A stretch of DNA of 64,000 nucleotides from Spirochaetia bacterium (GTDB lineage: Bacteria > Spirochaetota > Spirochaetia > DSM-2461). The notes under the pieces were generated by a model, which did not search any database, was not told the origin of the DNA, and saw nothing but the letters and a program-made list of their open reading frames with translations. The stretch is from contig CAXXIA010000001.1 in NCBI GenBank assembly GCA_963666985.2, forward strand, positions 1,408,001 to 1,472,000, written 5' to 3'. A program made the translations under genes and the position numbers. Shown here piece by piece: positions 1 to 11,284 of this stretch (its first letter is position 1; every line of letters starts with the position of its first letter).

Positions 1-529
1 CGGTCGGGGACGAATCGGTATGCCCTTCCAGACGAATCGTTCTCTCGGCCAGCTCTTTCGATTCAAGAAAGCGCGCCAGTTTCTGCAAAGCATTCCGGGA
101 ACGTTCGAGATCCACCTCGGCGCTGGCCCTTTTGAACAAAATGTCGCCCGCCAAACTGATGACAAGACCCCGTTCATCCTCTTTGATTTTGACAAAACGG
201 TTCTGGATTTCCGGCTGGAACTCGCTCACGGCCTTTTTCCGGGCCTCGTTGAGGCGGCTGCCGCGGGTTGTGGCGGGCATGGAGGAAACATCGTTTCCCA
301 ATTCGGCGAGGATTCCCTCGGAAAGGGTATTCCCTCCTCTTAAGGGACCGAGCCCCTGGAAGGCCTGCATAATCAGCTCGATCCGCTGACTGTCCACGGG
401 ATTCTCAGGATTCATCAAAAGAACGAAGAAGGTCAGAAGAAGAGTTACCATGTCGGCATATGTGGTTAGCCAGTCGTCGCCCCCTCCGCCGCCTTTTTCT
501 TTTTTCTTCCTTTGATCTTCATCCGACAC
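1..529 (-). CDS. motB: Flagellar stator protein MotB (runs off window start)
   Basis: Manual translation from GTG at 529 gives MSDEDQRKKKEKGGGGGDDWLTTYADMVTLLLTFFVLLM, the MotB TM motif with the conserved Asp. Directly follows motA. Not in the ORF track. Confidence 0.93.
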   Translation of the reverse strand, partial: MSDEDQRKKKEKGGGGGDDWLTTYADMVTLLLTFFVLLMNPENPVDSQRIELIMQAFQGLGPLRGGNTLSEGILAELGNDVSSMPATTRGSRLNEARKKAVSEFQPEIQNRFVKIKEDERGLVISLAGDILFKRASAEVDLERSRNALQKLARFLESKELAERTIRLEGHTDSSPT

Positions 530-532
530 GGT

Positions 533-1312
533 CTATGCCTCCGAAGCACTCTGCGCGGGGCGTTCCGCCGGCGGCAGGAAGGTGAGAAGTTTGTCTTCCA
601 GAATACGCGGATTGTCTCCACTCTGTATGGAAAGGATTCCTTGCACCATGATTTCCTTAATCTGCATTTCTTCCTTGTGCCGATCCTGCAGTTTGAACTG
701 AATCGGTGAAAGGATGAGGTTCGCGAAAATCGATCCGTACAAAGTGGTTACCAGAGCAACGGCCATGTTGGGGCCGATGGAGGAGGTATCTTCCAAGTTC
801 GCCATCATACCGATGAGTCCGAGCAGGGTACCGATCATTCCGAAGGCCGGGGCCAGTTTCGCCCATTGTTCGAAAATACCGATACCGTTCTCATGACGGC
901 TTTCCACCTGATCCAGATTCGTGTAAAGGATGCGCTTGATGACATCCGGATCGGTTCCGTCGACAACCAGCCTCAGTCCGCCGCGAAGAAAATCGTCTTC
1001 AACTTCGTTCAGCGAATCATCCAGAGAAAGAAGGCCTTCCTTCCGTGCGTTGTCCGCGAACTGCACAAGCTGATTGATCAGATCCATCTTGTTCTGAAAA
1101 ACGGGAACCCTGGTTGCGATATTCATGTATTTCATGAATCCCAGCGCGCGCGACATGGGATTGGCCGCCAAGACGGCGCAGAAAGAACCGATAACGACAA
1201 CGATGAGCGAAGTCGGATCGATAAGGCCCATGACGTTGTTGCCGGCGATGATGAAGGCCCCGAAAATAAGGATGAGACCGCCGACAATCCCGCCTAATGT
1301 TGCAATATCCAC
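533..1312 (-). CDS. motA: Flagellar stator protein MotA
   Basis: ARKEGLLSL, GLRLVVDG and APAFGMIGTLLGLI motifs. Start trimmed to the GTG at 1312 (VDIATLGG), which has AGGAG upstream. Confidence 0.95.
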   Translation of the reverse strand: MDIATLGGIVGGLILIFGAFIIAGNNVMGLIDPTSLIVVVIGSFCAVLAANPMSRALGFMKYMNIATRVPVFQNKMDLINQLVQFADNARKEGLLSLDDSLNEVEDDFLRGGLRLVVDGTDPDVIKRILYTNLDQVESRHENGIGIFEQWAKLAPAFGMIGTLLGLIGMMANLEDTSSIGPNMAVALVTTLYGSIFANLILSPIQFKLQDRHKEEMQIKEIMVQGILSIQSGDNPRILEDKLLTFLPPAERPAQSASEA

Positions 1313-1316
1313 TTTT

Positions 1317-1526
1317 CTACTCCTCCTGGGCGGACAAACCGATCTCCCGCCTATAGGCGATGATGAGTGCGCGTATCTCATCGGGAGACTCGGTAACCAC
1401 AAATCGCTTGCCGGTGGTCAACAACAATGCCGTGCGTCCCTCACCGGCTTCTTCAGCGTATTCTATAAGGTGGGGGTTGAGCAGTACCTGTCTGTCCGAT
1501 TTTCCCGGCAAGCTGACTTTAATCAT
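1317..1526 (-). CDS. flbD: Flagellar protein FlbD family
   Basis: 69 aa with MIKV..LNPHLIE..LTTGKRFVVTES pattern; lies between flgE and motA as in spirochaetes. Confidence 0.85.
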   Translation of the reverse strand: MIKVSLPGKSDRQVLLNPHLIEYAEEAGEGRTALLLTTGKRFVVTESPDEIRALIIAYRREIGLSAQEE

Positions 1527-1542
1527 CCCTTATTCCGCTCCC

Positions 1543-1566
1543 GCCCCGGCTCAATCGTGCCGGGGC
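1543..1566 (-). other. GC-rich stem-loop after flgE (no U-tract; possible mRNA-stabilising hairpin)
   Basis: gccccggc-tcaatcgt-gccggggc, a perfect 8-bp inverted repeat. Confidence 0.5.
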
Positions 1567-1579
1567 ATCATTATCGCTC

Positions 1580-2989
<1,410 letters not shown>

Positions 2990-3005
2990 AACTTATATCT
3001 CTCCT

Positions 3006-3440
3006 TTATCTGGTTACTTTCGAAATGTCTTCATAGTCGAAATACGCGCCGTCCACGAGAATCTGCGGATAGGCTCCGCCGGTAACGGCTTCGACAATGC
3101 CGCTGACCGTGGAATCGCCGCTGACAATCTCGACCTCCCGGCCGATCAGATTCATGGCCTGGGCGCCCTTCAGAGTCGCGGTCAGTTCGGTAAACTGACG
3201 GCTCATATTCGTCATCTGCTCCAAGGAGGAGAACTGGGCCATCTGGGCGATGAACTCCCGGTCTTCCATAGGCTTCGTGGGGTCCTGATGCTGGAGCTGC
3301 GTGATGAGGATTTTCATAAAATCATCTTTATCCAGATTCTGCTGAGGGGCCTTCGTTCCGTGAAGGCTCGTATTGAACGCTTCAACCTGCATCTCCAGGC
3401 TCGCTCTGTCGGCTCCGTTCATCGTCGATGCGATATCCAT
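3006..3440 (-). CDS. flgD: Flagellar hook capping protein FlgD
   Basis: LDKDDFMKILITQLQHQDPTKPM..FIAQMAQFSSLEQM motif. Confidence 0.96.
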   Translation of the reverse strand: MDIASTMNGADRASLEMQVEAFNTSLHGTKAPQQNLDKDDFMKILITQLQHQDPTKPMEDREFIAQMAQFSSLEQMTNMSRQFTELTATLKGAQAMNLIGREVEIVSGDSTVSGIVEAVTGGAYPQILVDGAYFDYEDISKVTR

Positions 3441-3449
3441 TCGTTCCTC

Positions 3450-4712
3450 CTATACAATCATATCGACGCGTCCGTCGCCGATGCTTACGCCTTCTTGCAT
3501 TACGGATGTCGACATTCCTTCAAATTCGCGCGATGCATCGCCCGAATTCTTCATCCGGCGCCCTGAAGAATCCCGAAACTGAGCAAAATTCGAATTTCCG
3601 TCGTCCCAGGCCAGTTCCAGATCGGCCGCGCCGAATCCGCTTTCCACGAGTTTGGCCTGCAGTCCGTCAAGGGTACTTCGGAAGGCTTCCCGGGCCGCGG
3701 CCGATTCAACGTAGATTCGTCCGGTAAGACGGTTTTCCTCCATCCGAATCTGCACCCGCACCCGGCCGAGATTCTCAGGCCGGAGATTAATCCGAACCTC
3801 CCCGGCATCCGCGCGGTTCAGTACGAACTTCACTTGCCTGACGATTTCATTTCCGGCCTGAGAATCGAGTTTTCTGGCAAGTTCGGCCGTCGTATGGCCC
3901 GGATCGGAGCGGCCTCCGCTCTTGGATTCGATCGTGATGTCCGTTTCGGCAACCGCAAAGCGATTCCCTTCCGTCTGAGCGTTTGAGGAAGGCTCGGATC
4001 GAAGAGATTGACCCTCTTCTTTGGTACGGGCTCTCCCCATCCGGCCTTTTACGACTTCACCGGCGACGCGTCTGTCTTCGACGACGACACGGGAGGTTCG
4101 ATTGACCAAAGGACGAACGGTTTGCTCCCTGTTCACGAGTTTCCCAACCGCGGGAGTTTGGCGGAGAGGAGAGTCTTTCGCCTTGTCGGATCGAAAGCCG
4201 CTGCCCGATTCGCCCGCGGCCGTTAATCCCGCCGCGACGGCGGTATCGGCCGCTTTGGAAGCCTTCTCGGCCGTTTCGGCCGCGGCACCGCTTAAAGCGT
4301 TCTTTTCCGGAATCCGTCGTCCCGTCTCCGATCGCCGGCCATCTTCGGCCGCTTTAATCGGCGATTGCGATGCGGTTCTCTCCGATCCGAGAAGCTCTTT
4401 GCTTTCCAATCGTTCATTTGATGTTTTTTCTTTGGAAATCCGCGGATCGCCGTCTCTCCCGGAACCGCTTTCCCGTGTTCTTCCCGCGCCGCGGATTCCG
4501 CGGCGCGACACGACCGTTTTTCGAAGAGAGGTTCCTTCGGAGGAATCGGACCGGCCGGATTCCCGAACGCGTCTTAAGACATTCGCGAAACCGCCTTCCG
4601 GCGAATCGTCTTTTCCCCGATTCACTCTTCCGGAGTTTTTCACCGTTCGCGCCGATTCGATACGCCTGCCGGCGTTCGATTCGGTATTCGCGATTACTGG
4701 AACTTTCGCCAT
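3450..4712 (-). CDS. fliK: Flagellar hook-length control protein FliK
   Basis: Low-complexity N-terminal part; C-terminal GEVRINLRPENLGRVRVQI FliK domain; upstream of flgD. Start trimmed to ATG 4712. Confidence 0.85.
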   Translation of the reverse strand: MAKVPVIANTESNAGRRIESARTVKNSGRVNRGKDDSPEGGFANVLRRVRESGRSDSSEGTSLRKTVVSRRGIRGAGRTRESGSGRDGDPRISKEKTSNERLESKELLGSERTASQSPIKAAEDGRRSETGRRIPEKNALSGAAAETAEKASKAADTAVAAGLTAAGESGSGFRSDKAKDSPLRQTPAVGKLVNREQTVRPLVNRTSRVVVEDRRVAGEVVKGRMGRARTKEEGQSLRSEPSSNAQTEGNRFAVAETDITIESKSGGRSDPGHTTAELARKLDSQAGNEIVRQVKFVLNRADAGEVRINLRPENLGRVRVQIRMEENRLTGRIYVESAAAREAFRSTLDGLQAKLVESGFGAADLELAWDDGNSNFAQFRDSSGRRMKNSGDASREFEGMSTSVMQEGVSIGDGRVDMIV

Positions 4713-4782
4713 TTCGCCTTCCCTTTGTTCAGGCTGTGGAAATTCAGGAGAGCCTTTGGAACGTCCCCCGATCTCCTTCGGC

Positions 4783-5421
4783 TCACCTATCCAGATTCGG
4801 TCCCGGCTTTTCCACCATAAGGGCCTGGATTTCCGCTGCCCGCTCACGATTGGGCATTTGGGAAAGCCAATAGGCAACCAACGAAGACTCTCCCGCTTCC
4901 TGGGAAAGGCGTTCACTGGTTCGGAGTAAATCGACGAGATCGTACACGTCGTACTCCTCCATGATGGCGACCGCATCAACCGGCGGCATATTCATCAAGT
5001 AACGGGCCGTCTGTTCAAGGTTCGCTACTTTATTGTCGTATTGACGGATGGCCTCGTTTAGAGAATTTTGTTTTTCGTCGAGAGAAGTTTCTCTTTCGGC
5101 GATTTCGCCTTCCTTTTGACGCACTTCGGCTTCCCTGACATTGAGGTCTTCCACACGGGTTTCTATGTTTCTCCGCTCAATCTCGATCGCCTGACGTTCC
5201 TTTGACAGTCTGTCGGCATCCAGCAGCATGGGAGAATAGGGAGCTTCCACCTCCGTTCTGGGGCGAACCCCGAAAAGCGAAGTGATGGGAGCCAAATGAT
5301 CTTTAACGTCCAGTATTCCAAGGAAATCGAGCCAGACGAATCCGCCGACAAGCAGCGCGATAATGAGGATCAGGAGGAAGAAAATCTTGGCGATACCGCT
5401 CCCCCGATAATAACTTCTCAT
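4783..5421 (-). CDS. flbB: Periplasmic flagellar collar protein FlbB
   Basis: N-terminal TM, long coiled coil, NMPPVDAV and SLVAYWLSQM..AAEI motifs; lies between fliJ and fliK as in Borrelia. Confidence 0.8.
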   Translation of the reverse strand: MRSYYRGSGIAKIFFLLILIIALLVGGFVWLDFLGILDVKDHLAPITSLFGVRPRTEVEAPYSPMLLDADRLSKERQAIEIERRNIETRVEDLNVREAEVRQKEGEIAERETSLDEKQNSLNEAIRQYDNKVANLEQTARYLMNMPPVDAVAIMEEYDVYDLVDLLRTSERLSQEAGESSLVAYWLSQMPNRERAAEIQALMVEKPGPNLDR

Positions 5422-5861
5422 AGATCTCCTCCCGTCAGCCGCTTGCGCGCCATGGTTCCGACCGCCGTTTCATCCAGCATCCGGTTTTCTTCTTTTTTCA
5501 TTTCGCATCGCCACTTTTCGAACATGCTCTCACGCAGTCTGTCCAAAGCGGCCCACTGCGAATGAGCCTCGGTATAAACACGCCTTTTGGCTTCAACAGC
5601 AGCCGCGGCATCACGCCGGGGCCGCTCCAGCGCCTTTCGGTCGGCTACGGATTTGGTCCAAAGAAGCTCCCTGGCTCTTAAGGATTCAAGCCCGGTTTCA
5701 CGAACGGCGAAAGCCCGCTCTCCGGCCGCCGCCGCCGCTTGTATACGCCGGTCGATTTCCGCCAATTTCCCGACGGCCCGCGCCAGCTCCATTTCACATT
5801 CCTGTTCCCGCTCCCGCCGCAGAGTGAGCAGCGCATCAAGCGAAAACCGAAACTTCTTCAT
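5418..5861 (-). CDS. fliJ: Flagellar export protein FliJ
   Basis: MKKFRFSLDALLTLR start, coiled coil, E..LDE end; follows fliI. Confidence 0.85.
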   Translation of the reverse strand: MKKFRFSLDALLTLRREREQECEMELARAVGKLAEIDRRIQAAAAAGERAFAVRETGLESLRARELLWTKSVADRKALERPRRDAAAAVEAKRRVYTEAHSQWAALDRLRESMFEKWRCEMKKEENRMLDETAVGTMARKRLTGGDL

Positions 5862-7188
5862 TCACCTCTTCCTCGCCGCCGTCCGAAAGGCCCGCGATTT
5901 CAACCGCCTTTGAGAAAATCGCCTCCGGATCTTCGCGTTCCGTTATTCCTTGAACCAGGAAAGCATTCACCATTTCTTTTTTCTCAATGGCCTCGTCTAC
6001 ATCGGCATCCGTGCCTTTTACGTACGCGCCGACATCGATAAGCTGTTCCTTTTCCCGGTATGCGGCCACCAGCTTTCTGATTTTTCCCGCCGCCTTGGAG
6101 GTTTTTTCATTCATCAGCTTCGGCGCGACTCGGCTGATCGACGCCAGAATGTCGATGGCCGGATAATGATTTTTATCCGCCAAGCTTCGATTCAGAACAA
6201 TGTGACCGTCCAGATAGCCGCGTACGGCATCCGAAACCGGTTCGTCAAGATCGTCACCTTCCACCAGAACCGTATAGAGTCCGGTAATCGTCCCTTTGGA
6301 CGAGACTCCCGGACGTTCCAAAAGCTTCGGCAGGAGGGAAAACACCGACGGTGTGTAGCTTCTGGTGGTCGGAGGCTCTCCTATGGCCAGCCCGATTTCC
6401 CGCTGACCGACGGCGAAACGGGTTACAGAATCAAAAAGAAGCATGACATCGTTTCCCTGGTCCCGAAAGTATTCGGCGACGGCCGTGGCCAAAAAGGCGC
6501 CCCTGACACGGGCCAGGGCGGGCGTATCGGAGGTGGAAACGATCAGCACCGAATGCTTCAGTCCTTCCTCGCCCAAATCGTTCTCAATAAATTCCCTCAC
6601 CTCGCGGCCGCGCTCTCCGATCAGGGCGATAACGTTCACGTCCGCCGTGGTATTGCGCGCCACCATTCCCAGAAGAGTGGATTTTCCGACGCCCGAACCG
6701 GCGAAGATTCCCATTCTCTGGCCTCGCCCCAAAGGCGTAATGGCGTCTATGGCCCTGATTCCCGTATTGATGCGCTTGGAAATCGGATCGCGATCCATCG
6801 GAGATGGCGGTTCGGCATTAATGGGATAGTGCGCCTTCACGGTTATGGGCCCTTTGCCGTCCATGGGACGGCCGAGCGCGTCGAAGACACGGCCCAGCAT
6901 CTGCGGCCCCACGGCCGCGGAAAGCGGCGCTCCCGAAGCCACGACCGAGTCGCCCGTTTCAAGACCCGTAAGATGATCGAAGCACATCAGCTGAACGATT
7001 TCGTCTTTAACGGCCACAACCTCCGCGATCAGCGGATTTCCTTTCCGGGGAATAACATGACAAAGCTCTCCGACGGCCGCTCTGGGGCCGAGGCTTTCCA
7101 CGAGAATCCCCTGAACGCGCCGCACTCTGCCGACATATTTCACCGGATCGATGCGTTCGACGGCGCTTAAATATTTTTCGAGAACCAT
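5836..7188 (-). CDS. fliI: Flagellar export ATPase FliI
   Basis: Walker A AGSGVGKS, GERGREV, DSVTRFA. Confidence 0.97.
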   Translation of the reverse strand: MVLEKYLSAVERIDPVKYVGRVRRVQGILVESLGPRAAVGELCHVIPRKGNPLIAEVVAVKDEIVQLMCFDHLTGLETGDSVVASGAPLSAAVGPQMLGRVFDALGRPMDGKGPITVKAHYPINAEPPSPMDRDPISKRINTGIRAIDAITPLGRGQRMGIFAGSGVGKSTLLGMVARNTTADVNVIALIGERGREVREFIENDLGEEGLKHSVLIVSTSDTPALARVRGAFLATAVAEYFRDQGNDVMLLFDSVTRFAVGQREIGLAIGEPPTTRSYTPSVFSLLPKLLERPGVSSKGTITGLYTVLVEGDDLDEPVSDAVRGYLDGHIVLNRSLADKNHYPAIDILASISRVAPKLMNEKTSKAAGKIRKLVAAYREKEQLIDVGAYVKGTDADVDEAIEKKEMVNAFLVQGITEREDPEAIFSKAVEIAGLSDGGEEEVNEEVSVFA

Positions 7189-7190
7189 TC

Positions 7191-8093
7191 TCAGCCCTCC
7201 CCCGTTGTCCGGATGGGCACCAATTCGAGAATTTTTTCTTCGATTTCCCGAAGCTGACTGGAAATGCGGGCGTCGATCTGTCCGAAGTCCGTCTCGATAA
7301 CCGCGCCGCCTTTATCCACCGAGGAATCCTCGAGAACCGTGATGGATTTCACGTTTTCGGCCATGCGCATGAAATCCTTCACGTGCTCGGTCGTCAGATC
7401 AAGATCCGCGAGATTCACGCGGATGGCCACGTCTCCGCGGCTTTTGAGCTTTCGGAGGGCCTGAACGATATTGTTGATCACCACGTTCTTCTGATTTTCA
7501 CTGATGACCTTTACAACCTTGCGCGACACGAGAAGCACCAGATCGATCAGCTGGGTTTCGGCTTCGTCGATAATTTCCTGCCGTTTCTCGATGGAAGCGT
7601 CCAGAATCTTGTGAAGTCTTTCAATGAGCCGTTCGGCTTCGGCGCGTCCCTCTTTCCAGCCTTCCTCCCGGCCTTCTTCATACCCGGAATTGCGCGCCTC
7701 GGCGAAAACGGCATCCCGTTCCTCCGAGGCCCGGCGCTTGATGCTCTCGGCTTCTTCCTCGGCTTCGGATTTAATCCTTTCGGCTTCGTCCTCGGCGATG
7801 CGTTTGTCCCTGATGGCCGAATCGGTCTGCGCCTTTACCTCTTCGAAAGCCGTTTTCTCGGCGTTTTTCCTGATGGAATCCGCCTCCGCATGGGCTTCCT
7901 GGATAAGACGTTCTTTTTCAATTTCCCAGCCTTCCCTGAATGCTTCGGCTTCTCGGCGCAGATCGTCCGCCGTCGGCCCTTCATAAAGATCCAGAGGCTC
8001 GGGCTCTTGAGAAATGAATTCAGGCGCCGCCACTTTGACCTTCTGAGCCGTCAAATCGACAATCTCAATGGGTTGAAATACGTTCTTGGCCAC
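7191..8093 (-). CDS. fliH: Flagellar assembly protein FliH
   Basis: GxxxG repeats (GYEEGREEGWKEG); C-terminal GGAVIETDFGQIDARI. Confidence 0.93.
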   Translation of the reverse strand: MAKNVFQPIEIVDLTAQKVKVAAPEFISQEPEPLDLYEGPTADDLRREAEAFREGWEIEKERLIQEAHAEADSIRKNAEKTAFEEVKAQTDSAIRDKRIAEDEAERIKSEAEEEAESIKRRASEERDAVFAEARNSGYEEGREEGWKEGRAEAERLIERLHKILDASIEKRQEIIDEAETQLIDLVLLVSRKVVKVISENQKNVVINNIVQALRKLKSRGDVAIRVNLADLDLTTEHVKDFMRMAENVKSITVLEDSSVDKGGAVIETDFGQIDARISSQLREIEEKILELVPIRTTGEG

Positions 8094-8102
8094 GAGTGCC
8101 TC

Positions 8103-9179
8103 CTACACCAGGACGTCTTCTTCGCCGGAGCGGGCGATAACGATATCTCCCTGTTCTTCCAGCTTCCGGATAACCGATACGATCTTCTGCTGGGATTCTT
8201 CCACGTCTTTCCGGCGGGTGGGTCCCATGAAGTCCATATCTTCCTTGAGCAGAGCCGCGGCGCGTTTGGACATATTCCGGAAGATTTTGTCCTGAACTTC
8301 CGTATCTACGGCTTTGAGGGCCTTGGCAAGCTCGTTGGTATCCACTTCCCGCAGAACGCGCTGAATCGCCCGGTCGTCGAGCATAACAATGTCCTCGAAA
8401 ACGAACATTCTTTTCTTGATTTCTTCGGCCAGTTCGGGATCTTCTTCTTCCAAAGATTCGATAATGGACTTTTCCGTCGTCCGATCCACGAGGTTCAGGA
8501 TGTCCACGATACTCTCGACTCCGCCGGCGTCGGTATAGTCCTCGTTGGAAAGCGAAGAGAGTTTCTTATCCAGAACCCGTTCCACCTCCCGAAGGATTTC
8601 CGGGCTGGTCCGGTCCATGGTCGCGATTCTCTTGGCGACATCGGACTGCTTATCGGGATGAAGCTGAGCCAGAATATGGGAAGCTTTGGCCGGTTCGAGG
8701 TAGGCCAGAATAAGGGCGATGGTCTGCGGGTGCTCCTGCTGGATGAGGTTCAAAAGGTTCGCCGGATCGGTACGCCTGATAAAATCGAACGGACGGGTTT
8801 TCAGAGAACTGGTAAGGCGGTTGATGATGTCCACCGCCTTCTGGTTGCCCAAAGACTTTTCAAGGAGCTCCCGGGCGTAGTCGATACCGCCGGAAGTGAT
8901 GAAGTCCTGAGCCATCATCAGTTCCTGGAACTCCTGGAGCACCATGTCCCGGTCGCCAGGCTCGATATTCTCCAGTCTGGCGATTTCCCAGGTCAGCGTT
9001 TCAATTTCGTCTTCCCGCAGATGCTTGAAGATTTCCGCGGAAATATCGGAGCCCAGAGTCACCAGAAAGATTGCGGCCTTCTGTTTCCCGCTGAGCTCTT
9101 CTTTATGCGTTGTCTTGGATGAGCCCTTGGACCCGTTTGTCTGAGACCTTTCTTCCGAAGCGGCTCCTGCCTTGGCCAT
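8103..9179 (-). CDS. fliG: Flagellar motor switch protein FliG
   Basis: LSGKQKAAIFL, EHPQTIALIL, MFVFEDI motifs. Confidence 0.97.
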   Translation of the reverse strand: MAKAGAASEERSQTNGSKGSSKTTHKEELSGKQKAAIFLVTLGSDISAEIFKHLREDEIETLTWEIARLENIEPGDRDMVLQEFQELMMAQDFITSGGIDYARELLEKSLGNQKAVDIINRLTSSLKTRPFDFIRRTDPANLLNLIQQEHPQTIALILAYLEPAKASHILAQLHPDKQSDVAKRIATMDRTSPEILREVERVLDKKLSSLSNEDYTDAGGVESIVDILNLVDRTTEKSIIESLEEEDPELAEEIKKRMFVFEDIVMLDDRAIQRVLREVDTNELAKALKAVDTEVQDKIFRNMSKRAAALLKEDMDFMGPTRRKDVEESQQKIVSVIRKLEEQGDIVIARSGEEDVLV

Positions 9180-9182
9180 ACC

Positions 9183-10895
9183 CTACTCCTCCGCGAGCCA
9201 GGTCCGGATAAGCTGGGCCACGTCTTCGGGATGCTCCCGCGCCATGTTCTTGGCGTTCTCCTGCATCTCGATTCGAGCCCGCTCCTGGACCGACATCTCG
9301 ACATCGATTCCTTCTTCTTCGGCGCTGCGCAGAGCCTGTTCGCGCATGGCCTGATGCTGCCGCGCCAATTCTTCTTCACGTTCTCTGCGCCGCTTTTCAA
9401 GCTGGCGGCTGATGAGTCTGACCACGATGAAGAGGAAAATAACCGCCGTTACTCCGATAATACTCCAGAGAATGGCTCTTTGTATCTGCCGTTTGCGCAT
9501 CCAGGCGGCATCTTCCAGACGGAACTGTTCGGTTCGGTCGAAGGGAATGTTCTCCACGGTCACGATGTCGCCTCTGGCCTTCGAAAAACCGACGGAGCCT
9601 TCCACAACCGTCTGAGCCTGAGCGAGGATTTCCTTCGATACGGGTGTATATTCCCTTTCGCGTCCTCCGTCTGGAGTCAAAATCGGTTCGCCGTTCTCGT
9701 CGAACTTGAGAGCCCACGTCCCGTCGATAACCATTCCCAAACTGATTCGCTGGATGGCGTACGGGCTTTTTTCCTCGGTTATGCGGCGTTCGTTAATCTC
9801 AAAGTTTTCTATTTTCTTATCGGACTCATAATGTCCGACAAGATTCGTCAGATCCTGATAGGCGGGGGGGGTTTGCCCTTCCTGTCCCGGAGGCCCTTCG
9901 GGATTAAAGCCGGTTCCTTCGAAATTTTCTCTCGAATCCTCTCGGCTTCGCACGATGGAGGGAACGACTTCCAATTCACTGTAGGGGGTGTTCGGATCGT
10001 CTTCCTTCATCGTAATGGGGAAATGCTCCTGGGTTTCAATGGCCTTTTTCACGAACTCAAGATCGATATCGAAATTAACGATATCTACCCGTGAATCGGT
10101 AAAGACATTCCTCAGCGACTGAAGGATGGTTGCGGTGTACTGGGCTTCAAGGGCCCTTTTCTGCCGGAGCATGCGGTTGGTCAAATCAAGCCGATCAACG
10201 TCTTCCAGCCCTTCGAAATCGTTCAGAACGGTTCCGCGGAAATCCATAATGGTAATGTTTTCCGCCAAAAGACCTTCCACGGCGAACTGAATAAGCTTCA
10301 CGATGCCTTCGACTTTATTGCGGTTCTCACCGATGTCGCTGCCGGGCTTGGGCTGAATGATAACCGACGCGGTGACCGGTTTCTGATCTTCGCTGAAAAG
10401 CTTGGTTTCAGGGATAACCAGGGTGACTTTGGCCGAATCAACATCGGAGAGTGCCGCGATGTGCTGTTCCAAATTCGTTGTTAAAGCTCTCTGCAGATTC
10501 ACATCCCGATCGAAATCGGTCAGGGTCCACCGGTCCATGTTCGTGAAGAAATTCCACGGATCCAGCTGCCCCGGAAGGAGGTCTTCCCGGACAAGCAAGG
10601 AACGGGCCGCACGGGCCGTCTGGTCGTCTTCGGCATAGAAGCGTCCGTCAGCCCCCCGGCTGTGACGGATATCATTCGCATCCAGCGCGGTTGAAATACG
10701 GCCGGCCAGCTGTTCATCGGTAATGGCTGTATTGAAAATCGGCACCTGCGTCGGTTTCGACGACACGGTGGCCAAAAGAACGAAAGCACCGACAATAATC
10801 GCCAGCGTTCCGATGAGAACAGCCTTTTTCACGATGGACCACTGCCCCCAGAGTTCGCGAATTCGGCCGAAGAACTTCGTAAGCCATTCAGGCAT
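9183..10895 (-). CDS. fliF: Flagellar MS-ring protein FliF
   Basis: Two TM segments, ring motifs (AKVTLVIPE..LF, TASVII) and C-terminal AQLIRTWL. Confidence 0.95.
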   Translation of the reverse strand: MPEWLTKFFGRIRELWGQWSIVKKAVLIGTLAIIVGAFVLLATVSSKPTQVPIFNTAITDEQLAGRISTALDANDIRHSRGADGRFYAEDDQTARAARSLLVREDLLPGQLDPWNFFTNMDRWTLTDFDRDVNLQRALTTNLEQHIAALSDVDSAKVTLVIPETKLFSEDQKPVTASVIIQPKPGSDIGENRNKVEGIVKLIQFAVEGLLAENITIMDFRGTVLNDFEGLEDVDRLDLTNRMLRQKRALEAQYTATILQSLRNVFTDSRVDIVNFDIDLEFVKKAIETQEHFPITMKEDDPNTPYSELEVVPSIVRSREDSRENFEGTGFNPEGPPGQEGQTPPAYQDLTNLVGHYESDKKIENFEINERRITEEKSPYAIQRISLGMVIDGTWALKFDENGEPILTPDGGREREYTPVSKEILAQAQTVVEGSVGFSKARGDIVTVENIPFDRTEQFRLEDAAWMRKRQIQRAILWSIIGVTAVIFLFIVVRLISRQLEKRRREREEELARQHQAMREQALRSAEEEGIDVEMSVQERARIEMQENAKNMAREHPEDVAQLIRTWLAEE

Positions 10896-10951
10896 TTTTA
10901 CCCCTCCCAGTTTTTAACGGCCGGCTTCCCCAAACCGGCCGCCGCTGTTTC

Positions 10952-11284
10952 CTACCTCATCGCCGTGATATCTTGGTAAGCCTTCACGGCGCGATCAACA
11001 ATCGCTTTCGTCAGGTTCAGACTCATTTCGGCCTGCGCCATGGCGATGGTGACGTCATGCGGTTCCACTTCGTCCGGATGCGTTATCATCCTTTCGAAAA
11101 GTTCCGAAGCATTTATCTGCCGGTCGGAAACCCGGCCTATGGCCTGAGCCATCAAATTGCCGAATCCGTTCTGGTTTTTTTCCTCGGCGCCGCCCGCCTT
11201 CCCGTCGGAATCAAGATGTCCGGGGTTGGTCAGATTCATCCGTACGACGTGTCCGAGGGCGTTATTCGGATCAATGATTCCCAT
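10952..11284 (-). CDS. fliE: Hook-basal body protein FliE
   Basis: HDVTIAMAQAEMSLNL..DRAVKAYQDI motif. Confidence 0.93.
   Translation of the reverse strand: MGIIDPNNALGHVVRMNLTNPGHLDSDGKAGGAEEKNQNGFGNLMAQAIGRVSDRQINASELFERMITHPDEVEPHDVTIAMAQAEMSLNLTKAIVDRAVKAYQDITAMR

Noticed and set aside
5950..9122. Long plus-strand ORFs (406 aa, 579 aa) and similar antisense ORFs elsewhere (e.g. 1625-2710, 14299-15396, 26894-28078)
   Set aside because: They lie antisense to well-supported genes, have no recognisable motifs, and are expected shadows in GC-rich coding DNA.
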